This document shows positions 39,827 through 49,861 of a stretch of DNA of 64,000 nt, one piece after another (position 1 is the first letter of the stretch; each line of letters opens with the position of its first letter). The notes beneath the pieces were generated by a model. That model was given only the letters and a program-made list of their open reading frames with translations, did not search any database and had not been told where the DNA came from. Made by a program: the position numbers and the translations under genes. Location of the stretch: the NCBI GenBank assembly GCA_046331705.1, contig JAXLQJ010000008.1, forward strand, positions 1 through 64,000, written 5' to 3'. The DNA is from a bacterium. Its GTDB lineage: Bacteria; JADJOY01.

Positions 39827-40312
39827 TCAGGCGGGTTCGCGTGTCGCGGACCCGAGCTGGCCCAGGCCCTCGCGAATGAAGCGCTCGAACGTGGGCAAGC
39901 CGGCGGCCGTCCACGCCCGTTCGACGTCCGCCTTGAAGCGGCGGTTCTTCTCCTGGATCGCCTCGAAGCGCTGGCGCGTCTCGACGCTCACTTCGTCGCC
40001 GAACAAGAAATGGCTGTCGTGGGTATCCACCGAGAAGACGAAGTCCTGGCAACCCGAGCAGCGTTCCAGCATCAGACGCGCGTGGGGGTAGTCGGCCGAG
40101 CCGAGGCGCAGGGCGAAACGCCCGGCCGGGCCATCACAACCATCCTCGGCCTCGACGCACGCGCATGCGAGGGCGCTGGTGATGTCGCTGCGCTCGAGGC
40201 ATTCGAGGCGCTCGGTCACCGCCGCCGGCGGCGAGCCGTCCGGATAGGCCCGCGCCAAGTAGATGCGAACGGCCTGGCGCAACGAATCGACGGGGATGTC
40301 CGCCAAGAGCAT
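39827..40312 (-). CDS. Conserved-looking hypothetical protein
   Basis: Protein-like composition with motifs ALRLGSADYPH, VDTHD, AW..AGLPTF. Confidence 0.65.
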   Translation of the reverse strand: MLLADIPVDSLRQAVRIYLARAYPDGSPPAAVTERLECLERSDITSALACACVEAEDGCDGPAGRFALRLGSADYPHARLMLERCSGCQDFVFSVDTHDSHFLFGDEVSVETRQRFEAIQEKNRRFKADVERAWTAAGLPTFERFIREGLGQLGSATREPA

Positions 40313-40402
40313 GAGGCTCGAGCCACGATTCGAGGACCGCGATCGAGTAGCCTAGCAGCTCTCGTCATCGGATTCCGGCACGCGAGCGGCGCGGAGGCAG
40401 GC

Positions 40403-40861
40403 ATGGCCGATCTGACCATCGATCTCGACAGCACGCGCACCATGGTCGAGCAGTTCATCCCGTTCGTCCGCAAGGTGGGTGTGGTGCTCGAGGAAGCGCG
40501 CCCGCGCCACGTGAAGCTGCGCTACCCGCCCCAGGATTCGAACCTGAATCACGTCGGCATGCAGCACGCGGGGGCGCTCTTCACCTTCGGCGAGACCTGC
40601 GGCGGCGCCGCGATCCTCGTGAGCTTCGATCTCGAGCCGGTGATCCTGGTGGCGAAGAGCGCGCGCATCGACTACCGAAAGCCCGTTTACGACGCCATCT
40701 GGTGCGAGATCGACGTACCCGCTCAGACCGTGGAGCGCGTCGAGCGCGACCTCGCCGCAACCGGCAAGGCGCTCTACCCGCTCACCATGGAAGCCACCAA
40801 CGCCGCCGGCGAGCTGGTCTTCCAGATGACCGTGGATTTTCACTTCCGCAAGCGAGCGTGA
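40403..40861 (+). CDS. Hot-dog fold thioesterase (PaaI/DUF4442/YiiD-C like)
   Basis: ATG at 40403 after GGAGG; NLNHVGMQHAGALFTFGE; IDYRKP. Confidence 0.87.
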   Translation: MADLTIDLDSTRTMVEQFIPFVRKVGVVLEEARPRHVKLRYPPQDSNLNHVGMQHAGALFTFGETCGGAAILVSFDLEPVILVAKSARIDYRKPVYDAIWCEIDVPAQTVERVERDLAATGKALYPLTMEATNAAGELVFQMTVDFHFRKRA

Positions 40862-41094
40862 GCGTCCCTTCGGCGCGCGGCCCCTCGATCCGATCCAGCG
40901 CCCGCCGCACGCACTCCCCGAGCTCGACGTCCTCTCGGAGCGCGCGCAGCCCCTCCGCCGCCGGGGCTGCCCCGGGTCCGATGGCGCCGAGCGCGCGACG
41001 CAGCTCGGGCAGCACATCGCGGGCGAGCGCGCCCCGCGCTCCCAGAATCGTCGCCGCCCGACGCCGAGCACCGGGGCTCGCGTGCTTCAACGCT

Positions 41095-41715
41095 TCACCG
41101 AGCGCGCCCCGCGCCCGGAACCCACACCTCGGCGACGTTCCAGCGCGCGCCGTGTTGCTCGAATCGCGCCGACCAGCCGGGATGCCCGAAGACTCCGACG
41201 AAACGATGGATCCAGCCGTCCTCGTCGATCCAGAGCTCGTGGTCGCCCTGCTCCCGCGGCACCAATCCGAACGCGAGCTCTCGCCACTCGGACGCGCTCG
41301 AGGAGAGCGAGACCGCCACGCGACTGCGCCGCTCTCCCATCGGCTGAGCCCGCCAGTCGCCCCGACGCGCGGGGCGCACCGACACCACGAACGCCGGCAG
41401 ACGGCGGGTGCGCGCGGAAGACCGCCCGAGCCCGAAGACGTGCATCGGCTCCACATGCGTCCAGAACGACCGCCGCGCGGCGCGTTCGGCATCGCCGAGA
41501 GACGCGAACGGCCCCGCGAGCGCCAGCGCGCGCCAACCGCGCGGCGCCACCGGACGGCGATCGCGATCGCCGCAAGCGTGCGCTGGCAACACCCAGAGCT
41601 CGGACGGTTCGCGGGTCCAGCGCGCCAGCTCGGCGATCCGGTAGCGCAACCGATCGGAACGCCGAAACCGTGCCCGGACCTCCGGCGGGAGACGCTGGAA
41701 CGGACCGGTCGACAT
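41095..41715 (-). CDS. Hypothetical protein, possibly degenerate
   Basis: 206-aa ORF filling the gap; no recognisable motif. Confidence 0.35.
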   Translation of the reverse strand: MSTGPFQRLPPEVRARFRRSDRLRYRIAELARWTREPSELWVLPAHACGDRDRRPVAPRGWRALALAGPFASLGDAERAARRSFWTHVEPMHVFGLGRSSARTRRLPAFVVSVRPARRGDWRAQPMGERRSRVAVSLSSSASEWRELAFGLVPREQGDHELWIDEDGWIHRFVGVFGHPGWSARFEQHGARWNVAEVWVPGAGRAR

Positions 41716-41807
41716 GGGCGCGGGATCGCGTGAGACTCGGTTCGAACGGCCAGGTGCTCGGCGGTGTGCTCGGCCGTTGCCGTACCACGAATCGAAGGAG
41801 AGCCGGA

Positions 41808-42872
41808 ATGACGACGGGAACGGTGGTGATCGAGACCTTCACGAGCAAGGTGCTGAAGGGGAATCGACTCGGCGATCCACACGTGCGGCGATTGCCGGTC
41901 TACCTACCGCCTTCCTACGCCGACGGCCGCGCGAGCTACCCGACCGTCTACGTGCTCGCGGGCTTCACCGGCAGCGGCGAGATGCTGCTCAATCGCAGCG
42001 CCTGGTCCGAGACCTTCGCGGAGCGCTGTGACCGGCTCATCGCCGACAAGCGCATGCTCGAGTCGATCGTGGTCTTTCCCGATTGCTTCACCGACCTGGG
42101 CGGCAGCCAGTACCTCAACTCGACCGCCACCGGCCGCTACGAGGACTACCTGATCGACGAGATCGTTCCCTTCGTCGACCAGCGCTTCCGCACCATCCCG
42201 GGCGCCGCCGCGCGCGCGATCATGGGGAAGTCGAGCGGCGGCTACGGCGCCTTGGTGCTCGGCATGCGCCACCCGGACGTGTTCCGCGTGGTGTGTTGCA
42301 CGTCCGGCGACATGTACTTCCTGTACTGCTACCTCCCCGACTTCCCCAAGGCGCTGGATGCCTTTCGGCGCCATGGCGGCAACGCGGCCTCGTTCCTCGT
42401 CGAATGGCGGAAGATGCGGCATCGCTCCGCCTCACGCCTCTTCCCCGCCATCAACACGCTCGGCATGGCCGCGTGCTACTCGCCCAACCCGAAGAGCGAG
42501 CTCGGCTTCGACCTGCCTTTCGACGAGACCACCGGACTCTTGCGCGAGCGCGTCTGGGAGCGCTGGCTCGCGTGGGACCCCGTTCGCATGGTCGACCGCT
42601 ACGCCACCAACCTGAAGCAGCTCTCGGCGCTCTTCCTCGACTGCGGGACGCGCGACGAGTTCAACCTGCACCACGGCATGCGGATCTTCAGCGCCCGTGC
42701 CCAGAAGCTCGGCATCCCGCACGAGGTCGAGGAATTCGACGACGGCCACATGAGCATCGGCTATCGCTACGACCGATCCCTCGAGGTGGCGTCACGGGCG
42801 TTCAAGCAGGCGCTGCGCCCGCCGACGGCGAAGCGCGCGGTGCGCCGCGGCGGCGCTGCCCGGCCACGCTGA
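41808..42872 (+). CDS. Alpha/beta hydrolase, enterochelin-esterase-like (putative esterase)
   Basis: [24 protein letters not shown], nucleophile motif GKSSGG, D..DEF, DDGH. Confidence 0.9.
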   Translation: MTTGTVVIETFTSKVLKGNRLGDPHVRRLPVYLPPSYADGRASYPTVYVLAGFTGSGEMLLNRSAWSETFAERCDRLIADKRMLESIVVFPDCFTDLGGSQYLNSTATGRYEDYLIDEIVPFVDQRFRTIPGAAARAIMGKSSGGYGALVLGMRHPDVFRVVCCTSGDMYFLYCYLPDFPKALDAFRRHGGNAASFLVEWRKMRHRSASRLFPAINTLGMAACYSPNPKSELGFDLPFDETTGLLRERVWERWLAWDPVRMVDRYATNLKQLSALFLDCGTRDEFNLHHGMRIFSARAQKLGIPHEVEEFDDGHMSIGYRYDRSLEVASRAFKQALRPPTAKRAVRRGGAARPR

Positions 42873-43202
42873 GGGCCGCGCGAGCGCGTGCCGCCGCGGA
42901 ACCCGCGCGAGCACCTCGCCTCGCGCGCAGCGCACCCGGCAAGAATTGCCGGTGCCCTGCCCAGGAACGCGTCCGCGCGTCCCACGCAGTGGCGCTCGAT
43001 CATGCTCGCGGCGCCGCGGTGACACGACGCGAGCGTGAGCCAGACTCGGTCGCGACGGCCGCGAGATCCGCTCGGCCGGCCGCAACCCATCGTCGCGACG
43101 CCACGATTTCCGCGGTCCTCGCCCGTGCCGATGCGTCGACGAGCACTCCGCGAGTCCCAGCGTTCGACGCGCCGGTGGCGCGTCGCGGTGACCCAGCCAT
43201 CA

Positions 43203-43218
43203 GGGCACGATACGTGCT
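43203..43218 (+). promoter_or_regulatory. Putative sigma54 -24/-12 promoter of the MCP gene
   Basis: GGGCACGATACGTGCT = GGCACG-N5-TGCT (GG-N10-GC), about 45 bp upstream of the ATG at 43262. Confidence 0.65.
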
Positions 43219-43261
43219 TCCTGGCGACGCGCGCGGAACCGTTCGCTGCGAGCAAGACCGG

Positions 43262-45376
43262 ATGAAGATCATGCGTGTGCACCGAATCGGAGTTCAGCTC
43301 GCACTGTGGGCGGGCGTGTGCTCGCTGCTCGCCGTCGGCGGGTTGGTCGCCGTGCTCGTCGTTTCCGTGGATCGAGCGTTCGAAGCCAAGAGCTACGAGG
43401 ACCTGGGGCACGTGGCGGAGCTGGTGGTGGGGCAGATCGACACGTTCCACGCCACCGTCGAGGGCGCCGCGGTCCACGCGTCCGATCTGCTCGCCGCGCG
43501 CCATCCGGGAGCGTTCGAGCTGGACACCACGACGACCATCGAGGTGGGCAGCGCGAAGACGCCGCGCATGACGCACGATGGGCACGTGCTGAACCTCGAC
43601 CTCGCCGCGGTCGACGCGTTCACCCGCGACACCGGCGCCGCCGCGACGATCTTCGCGCGCACGGGTGACGACTTCGTGCGCATCGCGACGTCACTCCAGA
43701 AGGAGGACGGATCGCGGGCGATGGGCACTCCGCTCGGCGCGGCGCATCCCGCTCGCGCGGGGCTGCTCGCCGGCAACGCCTACCTGGGCCCGGCCACGCT
43801 CTTCGGCCGCTTCTACATCACCCAGTACCGGCCGATCCGGGACGCGCGGCGGCAGGTCATCGGCGCACTGTTCGTGGGCATCGATTGCAGCCAGCAGATG
43901 GGCCAACTGCTCTCCCACACCGGCGAGATTCGGTTGGGCGAGCACGGATTCGTGTGGATCGTCGAGAATCGGCCCGGCCCCACGCTGGGGAAGCTGATCT
44001 TGCACCCGACGCTGCGCGGGAAGAACGCCATGGCCTCCGCGGACTCCGTGCCCGAGTACGTGCGCGCGGTCATGGCTGCGAAGCCCGGCCCGTTGCACTT
44101 CGACGCCAACGGCGACGAGCGCGTGGGCGTGGTGCGCGACCTCGACGCCTGGGGCTGGCGCATCGTCTCGGACGCCAGCCACGCCGAGGCCGAGGCGGCG
44201 AGCCGTCGAGTGGCGCTGCTGGTGACCGGGCTCGGGCTGGCGGTGGTGATCCTCTTCACGGTCGCGACCGGCTGGATGATCCGCCGCAAGCTCCGGCCGC
44301 TCGCCGACGTGGTCGCGGCGGCGCGACGGCTCGGCGAAGGTGACCTCACGACGCCGGTTCCGTACGCGCGCGCGGACGAGATCGGCGAGCTCGCCACGGT
44401 GATGGGCTCGGCGATGCGCTCCATGAGCGAGATCGTGGACGGCATCCACGAGCAGACGTCCGCGCTGGCTCAGGCATCGGAGTCCGCCGCAGAGACCAGC
44501 GCGCGCATGTCCGCAGGCGCCGACCAGGTCTCCGAGCTCGCGCGCAAAGTGGCCGACGCCGCGGACCACGCGTCGGAGAACATCGGCTCGGTGGCAGCCG
44601 CGGTGGGCCAGATGGGCGCGAGCGTGCAAGAGATCGCGAAGAACGCGACCGAGGCGGCCACCGTCTCGATCACGGCGGCGAGCACCGCGCGCAGCGCCGC
44701 CGAGAGCGTCGCTCGCCTCGACCAGCGCAGCGCCGACATCGGCAACATCGTGAAGCTGGTGCGGTCGATCGCCGAGCAAACCAACCTGCTGGCGCTCAAC
44801 GCCACCATCGAGGCCGCGCGCGCCGGCGAAGCGGGCCGCGGATTCGCCGTGGTGGCGAACGAGGTCAAGACGCTCGCTTCGGCGACCGCCAGTGCCACCA
44901 CCGACATCTCCACGACCATCGACGCGATCCAAGCCGACACCGCTGGCGCGGTGCGGTCCATCGGCGAGATCGGCGCGATCGTCGAGCGGGTCACCGCGAT
45001 CCAGACCGCGATCGCGACGGCGGTCGAGGAGCAAACCAGCGTCACGCGTGAGATCACCAACAACGTCGATGCCGCCGCCGGGCGAAGTCGCGAGATCTCG
45101 TCGGAGGCGGCCGGCGTCGCGGAGGGTGCCGCAGCCACCTCGGACGGGGCTCAGCTCACCGCACGCGCGGCGGCCGACGTGAAAGCGGCCAACGAGGAGC
45201 TCACTCGACTCGTCCTACGCTTTCGCACCGTGCCGCGCATCGCTCCCGGTCCGCCGACCGCGACTCCGTCGCCGACCGCTGGCCCGCGAGCGACGACGTA
45301 CGCGCCGGTCGGGACCCCGCTCGTCGGCGACAGATTCGTCGCGGCGCACGACGGTCACGCAGCCGCGGCGCGGTGA
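43262..45376 (+). CDS. Methyl-accepting chemotaxis protein (Cache3/Cache2-type sensor, HAMP)
   Basis: TM1, [28 protein letters not shown]2, [38 protein letters not shown]. Confidence 0.95.
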   Translation: MKIMRVHRIGVQLALWAGVCSLLAVGGLVAVLVVSVDRAFEAKSYEDLGHVAELVVGQIDTFHATVEGAAVHASDLLAARHPGAFELDTTTTIEVGSAKTPRMTHDGHVLNLDLAAVDAFTRDTGAAATIFARTGDDFVRIATSLQKEDGSRAMGTPLGAAHPARAGLLAGNAYLGPATLFGRFYITQYRPIRDARRQVIGALFVGIDCSQQMGQLLSHTGEIRLGEHGFVWIVENRPGPTLGKLILHPTLRGKNAMASADSVPEYVRAVMAAKPGPLHFDANGDERVGVVRDLDAWGWRIVSDASHAEAEAASRRVALLVTGLGLAVVILFTVATGWMIRRKLRPLADVVAAARRLGEGDLTTPVPYARADEIGELATVMGSAMRSMSEIVDGIHEQTSALAQASESAAETSARMSAGADQVSELARKVADAADHASENIGSVAAAVGQMGASVQEIAKNATEAATVSITAASTARSAAESVARLDQRSADIGNIVKLVRSIAEQTNLLALNATIEAARAGEAGRGFAVVANEVKTLASATASATTDISTTIDAIQADTAGAVRSIGEIGAIVERVTAIQTAIATAVEEQTSVTREITNNVDAAAGRSREISSEAAGVAEGAAATSDGAQLTARAAADVKAANEELTRLVLRFRTVPRIAPGPPTATPSPTAGPRATTYAPVGTPLVGDRFVAAHDGHAAAAR

Positions 45377-45377
45377 C

Positions 45378-45959
45378 TCAGTCCGACGTGCTCGCCGCGC
45401 ACGGCGCGACGGAGTGACGACGGAAGAGCCGCGCCAACGCCACTCCGATCGCGAGCCCGATCCCCCACGTGATCGGGTCGCGCCACTCGACGAGCTTGAG
45501 GTACGTCGTTCCCACGAGCCCGACGACCGCCAGCGCCGCGTAGCGCCGATCGCGCGTGGTGAGCGCGGTGTACGAAAGAAAGAGCGCGTGCCCGGAGAGC
45601 GGCACGAGGGTGAAGAGCGGCGCGCTGCGCGTGGCCGAGAGCGTGAAGACCACACCGTCGATCGCGATCTGCCGAGCCGAGAGCGCCGCGAGCCAGTCGA
45701 GCCGCGTGGCGGCCCACAGCGGCGCGATGAACGTCATCGGGGCCACGTAGTAGGTGGCGTAGTCGAGCGACAGGAAATCCGGGAACGGACGCGTGCCGCC
45801 GATGAGCTTCGCGAGCGGCGCCCAGCGCACCGTCAGCACGGGCAGCACCAGCGCCGCCACGCACAGCAGCGCGCGCGGCGCGTCGGGATGGCGCACCAGC
45901 GCGGCGCGCGCGGAGGCGACGCAGGCGCGCGCGCGGCGCGGAATCGAATCGAGCGTCAT
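45378..45959 (-). CDS. Hypothetical membrane protein
   Basis: Multiple hydrophobic segments; contains PLSGHALFL. Confidence 0.6.
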   Translation of the reverse strand: MTLDSIPRRARACVASARAALVRHPDAPRALLCVAALVLPVLTVRWAPLAKLIGGTRPFPDFLSLDYATYYVAPMTFIAPLWAATRLDWLAALSARQIAIDGVVFTLSATRSAPLFTLVPLSGHALFLSYTALTTRDRRYAALAVVGLVGTTYLKLVEWRDPITWGIGLAIGVALARLFRRHSVAPCAASTSD

Positions 45960-46026
45960 CGAGGCTCGGGCACGCGAGGAGGCTCGCTCCCGCGAGCGTA
46001 GCACCGAGCGCGCGCTGCTCAGGTGC

Positions 46027-47235
46027 TCAGACCGCGCCGATCATGGTGAAGATGGGCAGGTACATCGCGATGATCAGCCCGCCCACGGTGAGCCCCAGGA
46101 ACACCATCATCAACGGCTCGAGGAGCGAGGTGAGCGCCTTCACCGCGACGTCCACCTCGTCCTCGTAGAAGTCGGCGATCTTCGCCAGCATCGTGTCCAT
46201 CGAGCCGGTGGCCTCGCCGACCGCGATCATCTGCACCACCATCTCGGGGAAGACGTCCGTTTCCGCGAGCGGCTCGGCGATCGAGCGGCCCTCGCTGATG
46301 CTGGCGCGCGTGCGCAGGATGGCTGCCTCGAGGGTGCGGTTGCCGGCCGTCTTGGCGGTGATCGCCAGCGATTCGAGGATCGGCACGCCGCTGCCGATCA
46401 TGGTGCCGAGGGTGCGCGTGAAGCGCGCGACGCCGGCTTTCGCGACGATCGCGCCCAGCACCGGCACGCGCAGCAGCCAGCGATCCACCACGCGGCGGCC
46501 CGTCTCGCTGCGATACGCGGCGCGCACCGCGACGACGGCCGAGCCCGACGCGGCCAGGATGAGGAAGAGGTACTCCTTCATCCAATGGCTCAGGTCGATC
46601 ACCAGCTGGGTGGGCGCGGGCATCGGTGCGCCCAGACCGTCGAAGAGCTTCTCGAAGGTCGGGATCACGAAGACCAGGATCACGCCCGTCACGATCACCG
46701 CCACGCTCACGATCGCCGACGGATAGACGAGCGCCCCTCGCACCTGTCGTCGCAGCTTCTGCCCCTTCTCGATGAAGGCGGCGAGACGGTTGAGGATGGT
46801 GTCGAGGATGCCGCCGATCTCGCCGGCTTCCACCAAGCTCACGAAGAGCTCGTCGAAGACCCGCGGGTGCTTGGCCAAGCTCTCGGCGAACGTCTGTCCG
46901 GATTCGATGCCCGTCTTCACGTCGGCCAGGACCGCGCGCAGGGTCGGCTCGCCGCGCTGGCGCGACAGGATGTCGAGGCTCTGAACCAAGGGGAGGCCGG
47001 CGTCGATCATCGTGGCGAGCTGGCGGATGAAGACCACCACGTCGCGCGCCTTCACGCTGGCGGGAAACGCACGCAGCTCGACTCGAGCGAGCCGCGCGCG
47101 AAGCCGCGCGTGCGGCTCGCCACCGGACACGCGCGATCGCACCGCCGCACGGACCGCACGCGTGCGCGCCTCCGGCGACGGATGCGCCTTGGGAGCGGGA
47201 CGTTCGAGTGTGGACCTCGGATTCGCCGCGTTCAT
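46027..47235 (-). CDS. pilC: Type IV pilus / T2SS platform protein (PilC/GspF family)
   Basis: FIRQLATMIDAGLPL, AGEIGGILD, ALVYP, FTRTLGTMIGSGVPI, VGEATGSMD, LLEPLMM, AMYLPIF. Confidence 0.92.
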   Translation of the reverse strand: MNAANPRSTLERPAPKAHPSPEARTRAVRAAVRSRVSGGEPHARLRARLARVELRAFPASVKARDVVVFIRQLATMIDAGLPLVQSLDILSRQRGEPTLRAVLADVKTGIESGQTFAESLAKHPRVFDELFVSLVEAGEIGGILDTILNRLAAFIEKGQKLRRQVRGALVYPSAIVSVAVIVTGVILVFVIPTFEKLFDGLGAPMPAPTQLVIDLSHWMKEYLFLILAASGSAVVAVRAAYRSETGRRVVDRWLLRVPVLGAIVAKAGVARFTRTLGTMIGSGVPILESLAITAKTAGNRTLEAAILRTRASISEGRSIAEPLAETDVFPEMVVQMIAVGEATGSMDTMLAKIADFYEDEVDVAVKALTSLLEPLMMVFLGLTVGGLIIAMYLPIFTMIGAV

Positions 47236-47392
47236 CGTTCCCCCCGTTCGCACGGCACCCGCCGTGCTGAAATTTGCATATAGCAAACTATGACACGACT
47301 CAATTTGCAACGAAAATCGGCGCGCGAGGTCCCGCCGGCAGGCCGTTGGGTCGGGCGTCGCGACCAGCTACACCGCCGCATCGGGGGGCGCG

Positions 47393-48391
47393 ATGACGGG
47401 CGACTATCGAATCTTCGGCGGCGAGCTTTCGCCCTACTCGATCAAGGTGCGGGCGTACTTCCGGTACAAGCGCATCGCGCACCGCTGGATCGTGCGCAAC
47501 CTGGAGAACATGGAAGAGTACGAGCGCTACGCGAAGGTGCCGCTCATTCCGCTAGTCGTGACTCCCGACGACCGCGCGCTGCAGGACTCGACGCCCATCC
47601 TGGAAGCGCTGGAGCGCGAGTTTCCCGAGCCGGCGATCCAGCCACCCGACCCGACGCGCGCGTTTCTCTCGGCACTCATCGAGGAGTTCGGCGACGAGTG
47701 GGCCGTGAAGCCGATGTTCCACTACCGCTGGACCTACGAGGCGGACCAGGAGTCCGCCTCGCTGCGCATCGCCCGCGACATGGGACCGGGCTTCAGTGAC
47801 GCCGAGCTGGCGCCGTTCGCCGAGTCGGTGCGAACGCGCATGGTGAGCCGCCTGCCGGTCGTCGGCTCGTCGCCGGCCACGCGTCCGACGATCGAGGACG
47901 CATTCGTCGATCTCGCTGCGATCCTCGAACGGCACCTGCGTGACCGGCCCTATCTCTTCGGTGGGCGACCAGCGCTCGCGGATTTCGGGCTCGCGCCCGA
48001 GCTCTACCAATGCGCCAGCGATCCCACCGCCGGCGCGTTGCTGCGCGAGCGCGCGCCCGCCCTCGTCGCGTGGACCGAGCGCATGCTCGACCCGCACGAC
48101 GAGGGCCCGTTCGAGGAGTGGCCCGCGCTCGCACCCACGCTCGAGCCCTTACTCGCACGACAGGTCGCCCGCTACTTCCTGTCGTGGAGCGACGCCAACG
48201 CCGCTGCCGTCGTCGCGGGCGAGAAGAGCTTCACCCTCGAGCTCGCCGGCCGTGCCTGGACCGAGAGCGCCGCGAAGTACCCGGCGAAATCGCTGGCGGT
48301 GCTGCGGGCGCGTTACGCCGCCCAAACCGACCGTGCGAACCTCGACACGATCCTCGAACGCACCGGCTGCCTCGCGTGGTTGCTGTCGTGA
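47393..48391 (+). CDS. Glutathione S-transferase family protein
   Basis: SPYSIKVRAYFRYK, IPLVV..LQDSTPI, EEFGDEW, YLFGGRPALADF. Confidence 0.88.
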   Translation: MTGDYRIFGGELSPYSIKVRAYFRYKRIAHRWIVRNLENMEEYERYAKVPLIPLVVTPDDRALQDSTPILEALEREFPEPAIQPPDPTRAFLSALIEEFGDEWAVKPMFHYRWTYEADQESASLRIARDMGPGFSDAELAPFAESVRTRMVSRLPVVGSSPATRPTIEDAFVDLAAILERHLRDRPYLFGGRPALADFGLAPELYQCASDPTAGALLRERAPALVAWTERMLDPHDEGPFEEWPALAPTLEPLLARQVARYFLSWSDANAAAVVAGEKSFTLELAGRAWTESAAKYPAKSLAVLRARYAAQTDRANLDTILERTGCLAWLLS

Positions 48392-49740
48392 GCGGCCCGC
48401 GCCGGGTCTCGATCGTGCTGCTGCTCGGCGTGATCGCGTGCGCCACGCGCTGCGCTGGCGACGACCGCGCGAGCGGTCCCGGCGTGCCGGCACCGTATTC
48501 GTCGAGCGGCTGGGGCACGATCCACGCCGACAACCGCAACTCCGATTCGCTGCCGTTCGACGGCCCGACCAACCTGCGAGCGGTCTTCCACGCCGTCTCG
48601 GGGCGGATCATCGCCGCCGCCGCGACCCTCGACGCCAACGACGACGTCTACGTCGGCGTCGGCCCCAAGCTCGGCGGTTCCACCGACGCCGGCTGCTATC
48701 TGTTCGCGATCGACGGCGCGACCGGCGAGCAACGCTGGTGCAGCGGCGAGGTGAACGGGCTCGCGGCGGCCTCGTCGCCCCTCATCGACTCCGACGGCAA
48801 CCTCTACCACGGCGACGATCGCGCCATGGTCAGCTTCCGCGCCGACGGCTCGGTACGCTGGAAGACCGCCATCGAAGGCTTCCCCATCAGCGCGCAGTTC
48901 ACGCCCGATGGCCGGCTGCTCTTCATGACCCAGATCGGCCGCGTCTACGTGTTGGAGCGCGCCAGCGGCGAGCTCGCGATGACGCCCTACGAAACGCTTC
49001 CAGGCGTCACCTACGATCCGACGACCTCGAGCCCGTACGCGTGCTTCACCGGATCCGCCGACGGCGGCTGTTACGCGGCCAACACGCCTTCGATCGACTT
49101 CCCGAGCGGGCACTTCTACTTCACGCTCACGGACCCCGCCGCGCCGCCCACCAAGCTGGTGGCGATGCGCTACGTGAGCGGTGCGGAGCCACGCGTCGAG
49201 CCGCTCTGGGAGAACGCCACCCTCGAAGGCGGCAGCGCTTCCAGCCCCGACATCTCCCCCGACGGCACGCGGCTCTACGTGAACGACGCCGCCGAGCACG
49301 TGCTGGCGCTCGACGCCGCGACCGGCCGCGAGATCTGGCGCTACGATCTGGGCTTCACCCCGCTCGGCAGCCTCTCCACCGCCACCGACGGCACGATCGT
49401 CCCCACCGGCAGCCTCACCGCGGCCGCGCTCGCGCTCAGCGATGCCGGCGATCACGCCGAGCTCGTCTGGACCAGCAGCGACTTCGGCTCGCGCTCGATC
49501 GCCGTCCAGACCGCGAACCGCCTCGCGTACCTGGTCGGAACGGCGAAAGGGGCGCTCGCCGGCCTGACGCTCTTCGTCGTCGACGCGCGAAGCGGCGCGG
49601 TGCTCGATCGAGAGCCGGTTTCCGCGAACGGTATCGCCACCGTGGGCAGCTCGATGTCGCGGAGCGGGCTCTTGGTCGTGCCAACGCTCCTCGACGGCCT
49701 CTACGGCTTCGCGCCCGACGTTCCCAGCGGTCGCGGCTGA
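48388..49740 (+). CDS. Exported PQQ-like beta-propeller repeat protein
   Basis: GTGA overlap; signal-like N-terminus; WGTIHADNRNS, AIDGATGEQRW, ALDAATGREIW. Confidence 0.8.
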   Translation: MSGPRRVSIVLLLGVIACATRCAGDDRASGPGVPAPYSSSGWGTIHADNRNSDSLPFDGPTNLRAVFHAVSGRIIAAAATLDANDDVYVGVGPKLGGSTDAGCYLFAIDGATGEQRWCSGEVNGLAAASSPLIDSDGNLYHGDDRAMVSFRADGSVRWKTAIEGFPISAQFTPDGRLLFMTQIGRVYVLERASGELAMTPYETLPGVTYDPTTSSPYACFTGSADGGCYAANTPSIDFPSGHFYFTLTDPAAPPTKLVAMRYVSGAEPRVEPLWENATLEGGSASSPDISPDGTRLYVNDAAEHVLALDAATGREIWRYDLGFTPLGSLSTATDGTIVPTGSLTAAALALSDAGDHAELVWTSSDFGSRSIAVQTANRLAYLVGTAKGALAGLTLFVVDARSGAVLDREPVSANGIATVGSSMSRSGLLVVPTLLDGLYGFAPDVPSGRG

Positions 49741-49861
49741 AGCCCGCGCTCACGGCGCAGCGGTTTCGGCGCGGCGGTTTCCGGCGGTTTCTTGTGCCCT
49801 CGGGGACCGAGTGGTACGGTTCGCCTCACCGCGCCGCCCTCGCCGTTTTCCCCGCTCCCGC

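Noticed and set aside
42873-43200. c-di-GMP riboswitch upstream of the MCP
   Set aside because: I could not find the GEMM consensus elements by eye; an Rfam scan would be needed.
47273-47300. sigma54 promoter for pilC
   Set aside because: TTGCT is present on the minus strand but there is no GG at the required GG-N10-GC spacing.
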